The translations under genes and the position numbers were made by a program. From the NCBI GenBank assembly GCA_963693365.1, contig CAVNZM010000008.1:7326830-7390829 (forward strand): a DNA stretch of 64,000 bases. Direction: 5' to 3'. The notes beneath the pieces were generated by a model. That model made no database searches. It was not told the DNA's origin and saw only the letters and a program-made list of their open reading frames with translations. The DNA comes from Amoebidium appalachense. Taxonomy: Eukaryota > Protista > Ichthyosporea. Shown here piece after piece: positions 1 to 38,972 of the stretch; the stretch's first letter is position 1, and each line of letters begins with the position of its first letter.

Positions 1-99
1 TCACACCCACCCACCCACAACACCCACGCACCCACGCACCCACCCACACCACCCACACACACCCACCCACCCACAACACCCACCCACCCACCCACCCAC

Positions 100-784
100 C
101 TTCTTTTTGCCCTTCTTCTTGCTCGTCTTCTTACGTGCCTGCAGCCATTCAGATCGGTAAGCAAAGGACACCAACCAATCACTAATAGCCATAACAAAAG
201 ACAAGGAAATTTTTTTTTTCTTTTCTCTTTTTTTTTTTGGTGGGTGCGTGGGTGGGGAGGGGGGGGGGGGGGGGAGGGGGGGAGACTAAGGGGAGACGAA
301 GAGAAAGTGAGAGGGTGGGAGAGGGAGAAGAAAAGAGAGAGGGAACGAGGGGGAGAGATAGAGAAAGAGAAAGAGGGACAGCGAGAGAGGGAGGGAGCGG
401 GGAGGGGAGGGAGGAATGGAGGAACGGAGGGAGGGAGGGCGAGTGAGCAAGGTAGGTGGGTGGCATGTGGATGGAGAGAGAGGCAGAGTGGAAGAAGGGG
501 TGTGTAAGTGTGAGTGTTGAGGGAGAAATTGCGAAGGCGCGGAGGGAGGAAGGGGGAGGAAGGGGGGGAGGGAGGGAGGGGGGCAGGGGGAGGGGGAGAG
601 GGGGGGCGGGGGGGGGGGGGGGGGGGGGGAGGGGGGGCAGCACGTACGGGTGGCCTCTCCCTCTGGGCCCTCTCCTTGTCTCTGGCCGCCATCTCTTCGT
701 ATTTCCTTTTTTGGTCACTGCCCAGTGCCTTCCACCTCTCACTGCACTTGGATGAGATCTCCCCAAACCCAAGAGACGGGTACT

Positions 785-817
<33 letters not shown>

Positions 818-1471
818 GAAGGAAGGTATAAGCACGCGATATAATGACTATAGGGTGATACCAACCACACCTCCGAAGGCAAGCAAGGAAAGGCATCTAA
901 GACTAACACCGAGACTAATGACGCATCATGAACCTAATGCGAAAACATGACCAACAAATCTATGGGGAGGGGGGGGGGGAGGGGGGAGGGGGAGGGGGAG
1001 GGGAAGGAGCAGAGAAGAGGAGAAATTTGATGGTGGAAAGGGTGGAAGGGTCGGACGGTAGGGGGGTGTAGATTGTGACATTCTCAGTCACTAATCTTAA
1101 GGGCTGGAATCGGATGGTTAATGATTTGAACACGAGGCCATTGGGTTTAATGATTTGTACAAACTACCTATCGCTCTTGCAAGTTTCGGTCAATACCCCA
1201 GGTGTGACGCAGCATACACACCACGCACATTCACCCACACGCGCAAGTGTTTCTTGACACCAGTCATCAGGCCACATATATAACTGTGTGTGTGCTCATC
1301 CGCTCATCCATAGTCTACACTCAAAATAACCCCCCCCCCCCCCCCCCCCCTTGCTACATAGTGCTCCCTGAGCTCTAACCAGAAGGGAGGAGGCGCGGGG
1401 GGAGGGGGGGGGGGGGGGGGGGGGATGGGGGATGAGGATCACCCTTACATGTACACACGTACACACCGGCA

Positions 1472-1544
<73 letters not shown>

Positions 1545-3140
1545 CATGTACGTGCGCCTACCTTCTGTGCCAGTTTTGGCTGCATCTCAGCCACAAAGAA
1601 CATGTATGCACTGCGTGCCCGCTTGACCTTCGACTTGCTCTTTTTGCGTGTCTGCAGAAAAAGAACATTCTTACATGAACGCATGCACGTATCATGTAAA
1701 AACAGTTATTGTCCCTAACAATCATCCCCCCCCCCCCCCCCCCCTCTCTACCTCCTTCCTCCGGCCGCGTGTCAGAAAACAGCAAAACTGTGTACAAGTA
1801 GCAATGAATTACCAAACAACATACACATAAACACACCACACACACAAAAACACCCACACCCTCTCGCATCCCCTTCCCTCTAACCCTCTCCTCTGTCCCC
1901 CCCCCCCCCTCCCCCCCGGCACCAAGACCCACTCTCTCTTCCCCTTCTAACCTCCCCTCCCCCCCCCCCCCCCCTCCCCCCCGCCCCTCCCAGGCTACAC
2001 ACACCTACACACCCACGTGTGTTTGTGCTCGCCTGTGTGCGTGTGTTCGTGTGTGTATGTGCGCGCGCGTGTGCGTGTGTGTGCTTGCGCGCGTGTGTGT
2101 AGAAACTAGTCTCACCGTTTTTCGTTTCTTGGGTGACGCCTTCACCTTTTTCACCCTTTGCCTGGCAGGACTGTCCGCCCCGCTCTCCTCACTCACATCA
2201 TCCTCGTCACTGTCACCATCCTCATCCTCGAACGAATCTTCACCCTCATCGCTCCCTCCACTCTCACTGCCGCTCAAATCCTCGTCTTCCATTTCTTCCT
2301 CGGACGAGACCACCCTCCTTCTTTTCTTTCTTCCTTCGTTTCTTGAACCCCCCTTCCCCTTGGACCCCACTCCCCCTCGCTCTCTTCATCACTCACAATA
2401 AAACTGTTATCACTTTCCCCCCACCATCCCTCCCAGTCCCTCTCCCTCTCCCGCCCCTCACACTACCGCCTCTCCCCCCCTCCCACTTCCCCTCCTTCCA
2501 CCACCACCACCACCACCACCACCACCACCACCACCACCACCACCACCATCTTCACTCTCGCTTCCCCCTCCCCCCTCCCTCGTTAGAATCATCCTCGCTA
2601 TCGGAAACCACTCGTGCGTTCCTCCTTCTCTTTGTGCCCCTCCTTTGAATCACCTCATCCTCTTGATCTTCATCCTCGACCCCTTCCCCTGCCAGCGGAT
2701 CCTCGTTGTAATTGACTTGTGTTGCCGCGGGACGGCGACCGGCCGCCTGAATTGGGGGATTAAAGTCAACATTAAATTGCTCTTTTAGACCTATAAAGGT
2801 GCTTTGTTCATGATTCCTTTAGGTTCTCTATGCCAAAAAAAGGCAATCGCGTTATGTAAAGGGAAAACTGAATCACGTAATCACCCCATCCCTCCCCCTT
2901 CCCCCGGGCTCTTCTTTTCTAGCGCTTATTGGTCTGTGGACAGATGAGGAATAGAGAGCTAGGAAAGGGGGGATTGAGAAATGGGAAGGGACAGCTGGGC
3001 ACACGCGCCGGGGGGGGGGGGGGGGGGGGGAGGGGGGGGGGAGGGGGAGGGCCAGGTGGAAGGGGGGGAGGGGGTGTACGGGAATCAGCTGTATGAAAGG
3101 TGGAGGGGGGGGGGGGGGGCGGGGAGAAAGGGAGGGAGGA

Positions 3141-3176
<36 letters not shown>

Positions 3177-3520
3177 TGCACGGGGCGAGGGGCGAGAGGG
3201 GAGTCCATGTGTGTACAGGGTACACACGGAATCAAAGGACATCGAACTCCAAAGAAGAGAAAAAAACCACCAAGGCAAGAACAAGACAAAAACACGTGTG
3301 GAGTCAGGCATTACTTGAACAAGGCCCATCATCTAATTTCCTCTGCCTCAGGACGGGAGAGGGGGGAAGGGAAAAGGGTGGGTGGTCGGGTGGGTGAGTG
3401 GGTGGGGGGGGAGGGGAGGGGGGGGGGGGGGGAGGGGGGGGGTACAAGTCACCATCTGCATCTGACCTATCCGAGCTTCGACCTACTTACCTCTTGCGTC
3501 AAATTCAAATCAGGCACATT

Positions 3521-3597
<77 letters not shown>

Positions 3598-4323
3598 GTG
3601 TGTGTGCGCGCGCATGTGCGCATGTGTGCATGGACGAGGGCGGCAGCGCGGGGAGGGGGTGGGGGACGGGGAGGGATGACAGAGCCCACTTGCCCCTGCA
3701 CCGTTATCTGTTGGCTGGCGGTGCTCTCGCTCAAACGGGCTGGGAATATGACCTGGTGCCTGCGTGCCGGCCTGTACAGATAACAGCGACGTGAGCAAAT
3801 GCAAAGAAAACAGAGAGGCTGAAGGATTGTGAGGAGCACGAAGGGCAGGGATTTGGAGGAGGACAAACACCATTGGTGGTGGGTAGAAAGGCAACTGGAC
3901 AAGAGAGGTGGTCAAAAATGTCAAAGCGTTCAGGGAAAGGAGGGTAGAGGTAAGGTGTGCAAATGCCGGGCTTATTCAGCTGGGGGGAGGAGGGGGGAAC
4001 AGGGACGTCAGTTAGCCCGCGCTTGAACCGTCTCCCTTACCTTCTTCCCTCTTTTAGATTATTATATTTTTTATGTTTTTTTGTTTTTTCGTTTTTTTTT
4101 GGTGCCCGGGGGGTGGGGGTGGGTGGGTGGGTGGGTGGGGGGGGGGGGGGGGGGGGGGGGGGAGGTTGTTGGGGGGAAGGGGGTATTTAGGCAAATCGCA
4201 GTTTTTTGTCTTTTTTACATGGCATGCACAAAGCACGAGAGGTAACATGAACTTGTGCAAACAGAAAGGAATAAAGTGAAGGGCAAACATTCCTGGACAA
4301 GATGTATATACACAACGCCCCCC

Positions 4324-4390
<67 letters not shown>

Positions 4391-4462
4391 ACACACCACC
4401 CCCCAGGAGAAGCGGAAAGGGGTGAGTCAGAATAAGCTAAAAACGAAGGCTCGACACGTATC

Positions 4463-4503
<41 letters not shown>

Positions 4504-4925
4504 TAAGAGGCGGAGAGAAAGGGGACGGAGGGGGGGACGGAGGGGGGGGGAAGGAGGGGGGGGGGTCGGGTGGGGGAGGGGCAGGGGGGGGGGGGGGGGG
4601 GGGAGCGGAATACCTCTTGCTTTATTTCCTGTTTGGGTGCTGGTTCCTCTGGCTCCTCCTTCACAGCGTTCTCCTTTTGCCTCACCAACTCTGATATCTG
4701 TTTGGTGACTAAATCACACTTCAAACCAGCGACCCCCTTTTCCGGTATGCGTGTCTTGGCCTTGCACACGGGGCAGGGCAGGGTGCTTGCTTGGTTGTGT
4801 GCGTGTATGCTCTTCAAGCAGTCGAGACAGTACGTGTGCGTGCATGAGAGCGTGCGTGGATCCTTGAAAGGATCGAGACAGATGGCGCACGTTACAAGGT
4901 CCTTCAACTCCTGGTTAGGAACCAT
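100..4925 (-). CDS. RING-finger (C3HC4, TRIM-like) + acidic/low-complexity region + HMG-box protein; 3' end lies beyond the left window edge
   Basis: Exon 4925-4614 (ATG to GAG|GTATTC) encodes [24 protein letters not shown]...CPVC. Acidic exon ~2746-2116 ([16 protein letters not shown]) is broken by homopolymer frameshifts. Exons 1651-1562 ([21 protein letters not shown]) and 782-648 ([38 protein letters not shown]) splice in phase into a full HMG box; exon 138-100 is [13 protein letters not shown]. Small exons between 2880 and 4050 are uncertain, so the RING-HMG linkage is inferred. Confidence 0.72.
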
Positions 4926-6068
4926 GTTGAATATTACGGTTGCATGCGGTGACAAAAAAAGGAGTTGACCTTTTTTGTGTTGGGCTTTGACTGACCTTGA
5001 AAGATGCTTTCGAGAAAACGAGTAGCTAAAAAGATGCTTACGTTTCAGAAGTATACGTTTCAGATGCGCAACAAAGGTGGTGTCGTTAACGAGTTGACAA
5101 TAGTGGGTGTTACGTCGTTACGCTAAAGTAAGAATATCATTACAGCAACATCTAGGCACCTGAACATTATCTTAGTCTCACCCCGCACACGCGCGGCAGT
5201 CACAGCAACTTCACGCAAACTCCTTGGTGATGATGTAATCTTTCGGTCTCGGCCGTTAATCCCCCTAAAACTAGAACTTTGGCCAGGTCAAATCTACAGA
5301 TAAAAAATATGGCTGGCTCATACAAGCTAATCTCGTTTAGAAAGCAATAAATAAAAAAAACATTACCCAAAACAAATAAAAAAACCTAAATAGGCTTTAG
5401 GAAGTATTTTCCCACAATGTAGATCTAGAGGCGACCACATATATATGTTTTTGACAACATTGGAAGTGGTATCATTACTGAGGTGTAGGGTGAGAGATGG
5501 GTAAAAGATAAGCTCCGATCTACTCTCTCATTGGTTTATTTCAAATTTTGGCGCGACTGCCGTTTTCAACTTTCATGCTGGCAACCTGTCACTCTTCATG
5601 TACGTTAGATTTCTGACCAGGGACATGCATTTTTGTAATTTGACTTGGTTTCTTTTGTCATTTTTCCTTATTTTTATCGGGTAAAACCCTCTGCAGAAAT
5701 CTCAGCTGCGAAATTAGTCGTGCATTCATGTGAATGCTTGGAGATGCGACTTGTTGCTCTAAGCTTTTTCTTTCCTAGTCGGCCCTACACGAAGCACACG
5801 CTGGCCCATTGATATTGTGAAAACACAGCGTGCACTTGTGCGCCCAAATATATTATTGACTACAAAAGGAACCATTAGCATTGAAATAAACGTGGAAAGC
5901 CTGTAGAAACACTGCTACTTAATCTTGATAAGAATGCGAGTAGCAAAACTTTGTTCGTATGTTTCTGGGTTCTGTGTAACAGACCACATGCACTACCGAG
6001 GTTCCTGAGCTCCCTTTATCTTTTCCTGACTTTGTTTCAAGACTAAATTAAAAAATACGGATGCAAAA
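4926..6068. promoter_or_regulatory. Probable bidirectional promoter between the RING-HMG gene and FANCJ
   Basis: Divergent ATGs at 4925 (-) and 6069 (+); the 1.14 kb spacer is almost free of the microsatellites that fill the introns. Confidence 0.6.
5530..5555 (-). promoter_or_regulatory. E2F/CDE + CHR-like composite element with adjacent CCAAT box
   Basis: Minus strand reads CGCGCC-AAAA-TTTGAA-ATAAA-CCAAT; plus strand TTTGGCGC (5547-5554) fits the E2F consensus TTTSSCGC. Confidence 0.45.
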
Positions 6069-30958
<24,890 letters not shown>

Positions 30959-31649
30959 ACACTCTGCTTAATTTTCGCCCTACTTTAACATATGTACAAA
31001 CTAACGGGTAACACGGGCGCATTAAACACGCACAGCCTTGCGTAAGCGCACAGCACGCACGCACGCACACGCGCGCTCATATTCACACACACACGTGCGC
31101 TTGTGTATTATCCCACAAACATCTCAAAAATTTTCAGGAATGTGTATGGAAATTCCAGACTGTATGTAGCAATTTCGTTTGCCATTGAAGTTGGTGAAGA
31201 TCCTTTAAGTCCCGTAAGTTTGCCGAATGACCACCCAGTTGTCTGACTAAATTAGCTGGCGGATTCCAAGTCTTGCATTGTGCAAATATAGTATGTAAAC
31301 GTTTATATATTAGACAGTTATTTAGATGGCCTTAGTAAGTTGTAGCTTGAACACTGGACATTTTGGACGTGTCGGCCGTACCCCATTTCTGCTTTTCCCC
31401 ATCCATTTATGTATAGTATATCACCCGCCAGCAGTAGTTTTTTAAAAAATAGAAAAAAGCCCATAGGTGTCGGTTGTTTCGAAGCAATGACCAAGTTACA
31501 GAACCACGATGTGCATGTGATAGTCTTGTTCATCGTTAAATGCATTGTTGATGCACGCTGAGTTGACTAATACTAGGGAGCTGGTATGAGTCACTGTGTG
31601 TAACCCTAAGTTGGGTGCAGTGTGCACACACCCCAGGACGAACCCACCC

Positions 31650-31684
<35 letters not shown>

Positions 31685-32769
31685 CCCTCTCTCCCTGTTT
31701 GATGTTGGTCCCGTATACTTGGCAGATGTTTATTACGATCCTTTTTGAGCTCAGGAGAACATGTAGCAACCCCTGGCCCAGCACAGACAGCCATCATATC
31801 ATTTCCTTTCAGGTGGATTACAGTGCAGTACATACATAGCACGGGCATAGCACCTCAGCAGCTACATATCCTACCTTAAATGTACATATATCTTATTTGA
31901 TGATAGAAATGATTGGTTACATACTAGAAATATACTTTAAGCACACTTGACCGTAGGCCGACCAGAGGCACCGTAAGGACGTGCCGTGCTCATCAGTGGC
32001 ATAGATTATTGCACTGCCATATGCTCAGTTCAACTTTAGCAAACATTTAGGGGGCGCACAACCATACTTGAGCTGATGCTCGAAGCAATGGTATCACCAT
32101 AGCCAAGCACATTGTACCAAATGGTCGCCCAACCTGCCGTACGGAAGACTCAGGGCTATGTCGCGCATCGGTTCCAACGGCTTGATTGTGGGACATCACA
32201 AAACAAATTTTTAGTAGCGCAAAGGTGGTTTTACAAAGGATTCACATGCTGGTTGTTGGTACGTACGCCATGGAAGGGACGTTAGTTTGTTATTTTGCTC
32301 AGCAATACAAAAAGACTATCTTGTAACTACGGTATATCAATCCCCCCCTCCCCCCCTCCTCCTCGAGCACCCCCCCCCCTTCCCCCCCCCCCCTCGCTCA
32401 CTCCCCTCCTCTTGATGTACATATGATTCCCATTCAGGCTGTGTTTGACATGTATATACGGTACCAGGTAACTGCAAACCCCCTCCTTCCCCCGTTCCCC
32501 CTCCACATACCTTCCCTCCCCCCCCCCCCCCCCCCCCCCCCCTCTCTGTGCCACACTAGTACTGGCATGAAAATCTAAAGCTTTTCCGCCGCCTAAAGCA
32601 AAAAATCTGAAAATCCATCAATGCCAACTCGCCGGCTCCATTGCCTACCTATGATTCGTTCCCCGGGCAGCAGCTAGTTGTATTACGTTTCACACTGATA
32701 CTGTGCCCCACTGCAGATCTAAAAAAGCTTTGTAAAACAACCTGTACATGTTCTGTTTGAATATCCCCC

Positions 32770-32854
32770 ATTCCACAAGTTTTTACAGGCTGCAAGTTTG
32801 GAGATATTTCTGTGGTCTTCTTTGGGTCGTAGTTGAGGAGCAAGAGGGTTGTAC

Positions 32855-32858
<4 letters not shown>
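32770..32858 (-). pseudogene. Decayed inverted duplicate of the last exon of the NmrA-like gene
   Basis: Minus strand encodes [22 protein letters not shown] versus [22 protein letters not shown] at 49698+. It is preceded by a (CA)n tract as in the source, but the acceptor reads CACGG instead of CACAG. Confidence 0.75.
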
Positions 32859-32896
<38 letters not shown>

Positions 32897-33062
32897 GTGC
32901 GTGTGTGTGCGTGTGTGCGTGTGTGTGCGTGTGTGCGTGTGCGTGTGTGTGTGTACATGTGTGTTTGGGTGTGTGTGCGCGTGTGCGTGTGTGTGCGTGT
33001 GCGTATGTGTGTGCGTGTGCGTGTGCGTGTGCGTGTGTGTTCGTGTGCGTGTGCGTGTGCAT

Positions 33063-33114
<52 letters not shown>

Positions 33115-33938
33115 ATGTGTGTTTGGGTGTGACTGTGTGTGTGTGTGTGTGTGTGTGTGTGCGGGTGTGCAGGTGTGTGTGTGCGTGTTTGTGCGTGTAC
33201 GTGTGTGTGTGCGTGTGCGTGTGTATGTGTGCCATGGTGTGTGTGTGTGTGTGTGTGTGTGCCTGGCTGCGACATGGGGCAGAACCTTATTATGGCTTGT
33301 GTACTGACAGAGTGCTTTCTCTCTCCATGTTTTCTTATTGTGACATGTGTACTGACAGAGTACTTTCTCTCTCCATGTTTTCATGTGGTACGTGAACAGG
33401 TGATATCTAATGGTACTCTTCGAGCTCATTGAGGCTCTACATAGTGTGTGGAATCCTCTCCCCACACAATATTGCCATCATGGTATTTCCGAAGGCTTTG
33501 AGCAGTATTAGCACTATATCAGTTCCATAAAGTATGTATGAATACTTACACCAACATTCTCTATTCAGCTATAGCTTTGGGGCAAAATGAATCCGTACGT
33601 GACTGCATGAGCAATGGTTTCACCACACAATGACGGACAGAAGGTATTGCATGTGTCACCTGGTGAAGACCATGCAATGGAGTTGGGAAATATCGCCCAA
33701 TCGAAAAAGAGTGAGTGCCGTATTTGTGTTGGGTTTGGTTTGTAGTACTTGATTGTGCGATGCAATGTCTTGATCGGGAGAGGAATATCTTACAGAGTTT
33801 TAACCTGCAAATGATAGTGTCAAAGTTAGCGGTGCAGTGGTTAATATATTGGCCTACTGTAACAGAGTCTATAGCTTTCAGAACACAACCTATTGAAACT
33901 TTTCAATGTGGAAATCCCTTGCTTTCGCTTCCTCCCCC

Positions 33939-33988
<50 letters not shown>

Positions 33989-34136
33989 AAAGAAGAAGAG
34001 GAAAAAGAAATAGACGGAGAAGAAGAAGAAGAGAGACTGGGGGGAGGGGGGGGGAGATCCAGAGAGAGAGGAAGGGGGGGGGGGGGGGGGGGGGGAGAGA
34101 GAGAGAGAGAGAGGGAGAGAGGGAGAGGGAGATGTG

Positions 34137-34174
<38 letters not shown>

Positions 34175-34547
34175 AGAGAGAGAGAGAGTGAGAGAGTGAA
34201 AGAGAGTGAGAAGATATAGAGAGAAGAGATAGAGAGAGAGAGAGAGAGAGCAAAGGGGAGGGGGGGTATGGGGAGGGAGAGAAGGAGAGAAAGGTGCTGA
34301 GAGGGGGAGAGAGGAGAGAAAGTATAAAAAAAGGAAAATGAGTGAAAATGAAAAGTCCAAAAAAAAAAAACCTCGAAAGGAGAAAATAAACATTTTGCAT
34401 GCTGGCGTGCCCCCCACACGCGCACATACGCAAACACGCGTCGACACACACACAGACACGCACACATGCACACATGCACACATGCACACACACACGCACA
34501 TGCGCGTGTGCGCGCGCACACACACACACACAACACACGCGCGCACA

Positions 34548-34605
<58 letters not shown>

Positions 34606-35869
34606 GCACGCACACGCAGACACACACTTTCGCTCATATTCCCCCCCCCCCCCCCGGTCCCCTGCCCACCTTCCCACCAACATATGATGCTATACACACA
34701 GACAAACACAAACCACACACAGGGGGGGGGAGGGGGTGGGCCGGGGGGTGGGTGCGGGTGGGGGGGGGGAGGGGGGGGGGGGAGGGCAGCGTGTAGAGCT
34801 CAAATGATTGGTGGGGGGGGTGGATCGGAGGTTGAGATGGAGGTGAAGGGACGAGATAAGGGGTTCCATAAAATTTGCGGAATGCTCGTGCCCAAGCATG
34901 CCCTTCTTTTTTTTCTTTAAGTTGTTTTTCGCATACCAATATTGGCGAGGAAAAAAGTGAGGTTTGTATGACTACTTGTGAATAGCAAAAAAAAAAAAAA
35001 AAGAACGAAAACGACAGCACTAGCAACCCTCGGAGCTGTTCTCCTCAGTCCCCGTGTTCGGCTGGGAGGGTGGGGGGAGGGAGGGAGGTTAGTAGAGCAA
35101 CGAACAGGGATAGAGAGGGTCGGGTTAATGCTAGACTTGTTCTTTGTTCATTAGCCATTCAGTGTGGGCGACCGGCCAAATGCCTTGGGCCACAAACTGT
35201 CCATGTGACACAAAATGCTCTTTAAAAAGTGTATGAGCAGCAACAATGGGCAAGGTCGCCCAACTGACAGATGTGTCACTTGCTGGAGGTAAAAATGCGA
35301 CGATTGCCGGCTTGATTGTGGGACAGTTTGAGGCGCTTTGCCGTTGTGATGTACATGTTGCTGAAAATTGCACGTCACACCAGTTTGTGGAGCCTGGTAT
35401 GTTTGCACGTGATTGATGGTGATTTACCGTTGAATATAGGTTCGACAAAAAAACCTCGAGTTTTCAACCCTATAAGCACAGATTAAGCCATAAACTTTAA
35501 ACGACCAAGACCACCCGATATGTTTTTGTAATGGGGGCCAACACCACTTGGTATCTTGCACTGAGTGCAGTGCATTTCTAGGGAGCACACAGTGTGCATC
35601 GACTACTGATTGGCAAGTCTGAGAAAGGTCAGGTGGGAGGGGACAAAGGAGTAGCTGCCGCTGCCACGGCGGGCGAAGGCGGGGGGGGGGGGGGGGGGGA
35701 TGGGGGGGGGGGGGCCGGGAGAGGGGGGGGGGGGGGGGGGGGGGGGGGGATTACAATGTTCGTCACGGTGGTCAGTTTGTACCCGGCAGAAGCAATAAGC
35801 TGGACAGCACACACCGGCATTTGCAGGAAGCATTGCGGCGTGCAAGAACGATCAATCTCTGCCACATCC

Positions 35870-35914
<45 letters not shown>

Positions 35915-36322
35915 AACCCCCTCCCCCTCATTCCCCTGCACACAAGCACATGCAGCTCTCCCCTTTCCCCGTGCGTCTTCTGGTTTGTGCTAAATTTTTG
36001 CAATCATTTCACCTCCGTTGTCCCTACCACTCGCGCTCTTACCTTCTCCAGGTGATTACTTTACTTGAAAGGAGGGCAGGGTAAAGGGTGGGGGGGTCGG
36101 GGGAGCCTGGGAAGTTCCCACTTTCCAGTGGGTTCCACTTTCCAGTTGTGTGATTTCTGCTGCTATAGGGGTGGGCACTGGCAAAGCACATACACTGTGT
36201 TACTTCTGCACACAGTTGCCACACTTTCTGTCAGTGACATGAATACGTAAGAAACTAAATAATTTGAATCCGGGGACTCGGGGGGGGGGGGGGGGGGGGG
36301 GGGGGGGAGGGGGGGGGAGGCG

Positions 36323-36360
<38 letters not shown>

Positions 36361-36372
36361 ATTCTGGTGATT

Positions 36373-36403
<31 letters not shown>

Positions 36404-38248
36404 GGGAGTTCCGTTCTTGCTAGTTCATGATCGACAATAAGAAACCGAGATCAGGTGGATAGCTAGTAGTCCAGGAGTGAATGGCAGGTGAACAGATCAC
36501 ACATAGTGTACTCTCACGAGGCCGTCTGATAACAATAAACTGCCGTATACATGTAGCGGCTAACCCATACCCCAGATATATCACGTCGACAATCATGATG
36601 TTTGTCTTCTCACACACGTCAGGGGGAGTTGCACCAGCACAGCACCTAGTGTCAGAAATCTGTGTGCACCAAAAGCTACCCTAAACCGAAGTGATTTATT
36701 TCTCTCACGAATCGGGTTTATATACCCGAGGCTCGAGTCCCAGACTCACCCATTTCAACCAATCACATACAGCTACGTTCACTAAGCTGCATACCAGTCA
36801 TACCAATTCTATCAACCTCCATACCTCACTAAACTCGACCAATCGTACATCACCACGTACATCATTTCACATGCCAATGAAATGCCTCCGTACCACTGGT
36901 TCCCGAACTCCTGACTTCCGAAGTTCCGAGTCCTACCACCACGTGTACAAGCACACTAATATCACCAGAGGATAATATCCATTTGATTTGCCTATGAGCA
37001 TAATATCTTCCTATATTATTCTCACACCTAGGCCTCACTGGCAGGCAGTTGTATCAGTCTTATCAGTAGACTATGACGTACCCTCTTTGGCAATTGTTAT
37101 AGGTGACCCCAAAAGATGGTCTTGCTGATCAGTGCGCTTGCATGATCACTCATCAAATCCATGTACATGTGTCACCATGTAATGAATGTGGGCGGTCACC
37201 CAAAACTAACAACTTGGGTGAGGACCTGTTATTACGAGAAGTGTAAGCTTGTGATGGTTGGTTGTGGGACCTTCGGAGAGTAACTTGTTGATTGTGGAAG
37301 GTCACGCGACGTTGGAAAACAAAAATTATTCACGTATATGTGTTTGTGTTAGGTGACCGTTGACATTTTGCAGCAAATAACCTTTAGCTCTGTGCAGAGT
37401 CCATCTTTGCTTTTTCAGAGCGAGCACAACCCAGTTGAAAGAGATTGCAGGTACATCTGGGGAGTCAATCCCCCCCCCCCCCCCCCTGCTGTTGCCACGC
37501 CTTCTTTGCCAAGCGCACGTAAGTCACCGTGAGTCATTTTAGGCTTTTCACCCATGGAAAAGGGGTTATGCTAAAGGGCGGGAGCCCGAGGGGTGAGGGT
37601 AGGCCCAGGGGGGGGGGGGAGGGGGGGGGGGGGGGGGGGGACGGAGGGGCAGGTTTTTTTTGTGACTTGCTGACTTGGCGTTTATTATGATAGGGTTAAC
37701 TTTTTATGGTGATGGTACGTGTACGGATGTAATTGTGAGGGCCAATATGGAGATTTGACGGCATCACTTCACGTGCTTACGCGGTGCCTTTCTCTCTTCT
37801 CCTCTACTTCTCGGAAACCTGTTTCGATGATGCGGGAGGCAAACAGACAATTTCCACGAGGCCTATATAATAGACACTATATGGTGCTGTATGTTACAGT
37901 AGCAACCCTTGTCCCAGGCATCCATATGTCCATCGGGGTGTACATGCCCTTCTCCCAGGGAGCAGCATGCACAGCACCTCAGTACTAGTAATGGCATTCC
38001 TACAAGCAGGCTGTACAGATATTAATTAACTGTCGCACAGTCTTTTAAACTGCAGTTGTTATTATGGGCGAATTTGGCCCCATAAAAGGAACCTAGGCAA
38101 CTCTATGTATCATCTGACTGTGAGCACTTTCTCTGCCATGGCCATGGCATGTAGAGGTGCACGAGGCCTCATGTGAATGGCCGAGGATCCAGAGCCTCCA
38201 GGGGAAACGGTCGGGGGGGGGAGGGGGCCGGGGTCCGGACCTACAATC

Positions 38249-38440
<192 letters not shown>

Positions 38441-38972
38441 CCGTGGCGCCAACTTTCACTGCTGTAGTAGAACCGCCGCCGCCCCCCTCCCCCTCCCCCC
38501 CCCCTCCCCCCCCCGGCCCAGGCCCCCCGCCCCGTGCAGATCCATGCACGACGTTGTTATACGGCATGCACGGGCCCCTTTTCCCCCCTTGAACCAACAT
38601 GCGCGCACACACACCACAACCAAAACCACGGGTACCCGCCCCTTCACCCCGATCCACCCAACCCACCTCCTAACAGTCGGTCAGGGAATACCGGGCCGCC
38701 CACAGTCAGAGGGGGCAACGTGCATGCATGAGAGGGAGCTGGCGAGGGCCCCGAGGGGAAGGGCGGGGGCCCTAAAGGCTGGATGGGACTCACGCTCACG
38801 CCGGGCCCGAGTCGTCACATGACTCAGAGTCAAGGACTCAAGGGGGACGATTTAGCAGCTTGTGATTGGATCCCAGGATGAAAATAAACCTAAATATGGT
38901 AACAATGAACTGTTAGGAATGCACCGGTGGCCTTTTTTCCGGGGCCTCACGTAGTCACTGTGGTTCTCTGAA

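Noticed and set aside
35246-36250. Possible small spliced gene (MGKVAQLTDVSLAGGKNATIAGLIVGQF...)
   Set aside because: No consistent exon chain or recognisable domain; part of it shares two short blocks with ~32123-32196, suggesting a decayed repeat.
37186-37367. 22-bp imperfect inverted repeat around GGTCACC/GGTGACC
   Set aside because: Too short and degenerate (about 17/22) with no TSD to call an element.
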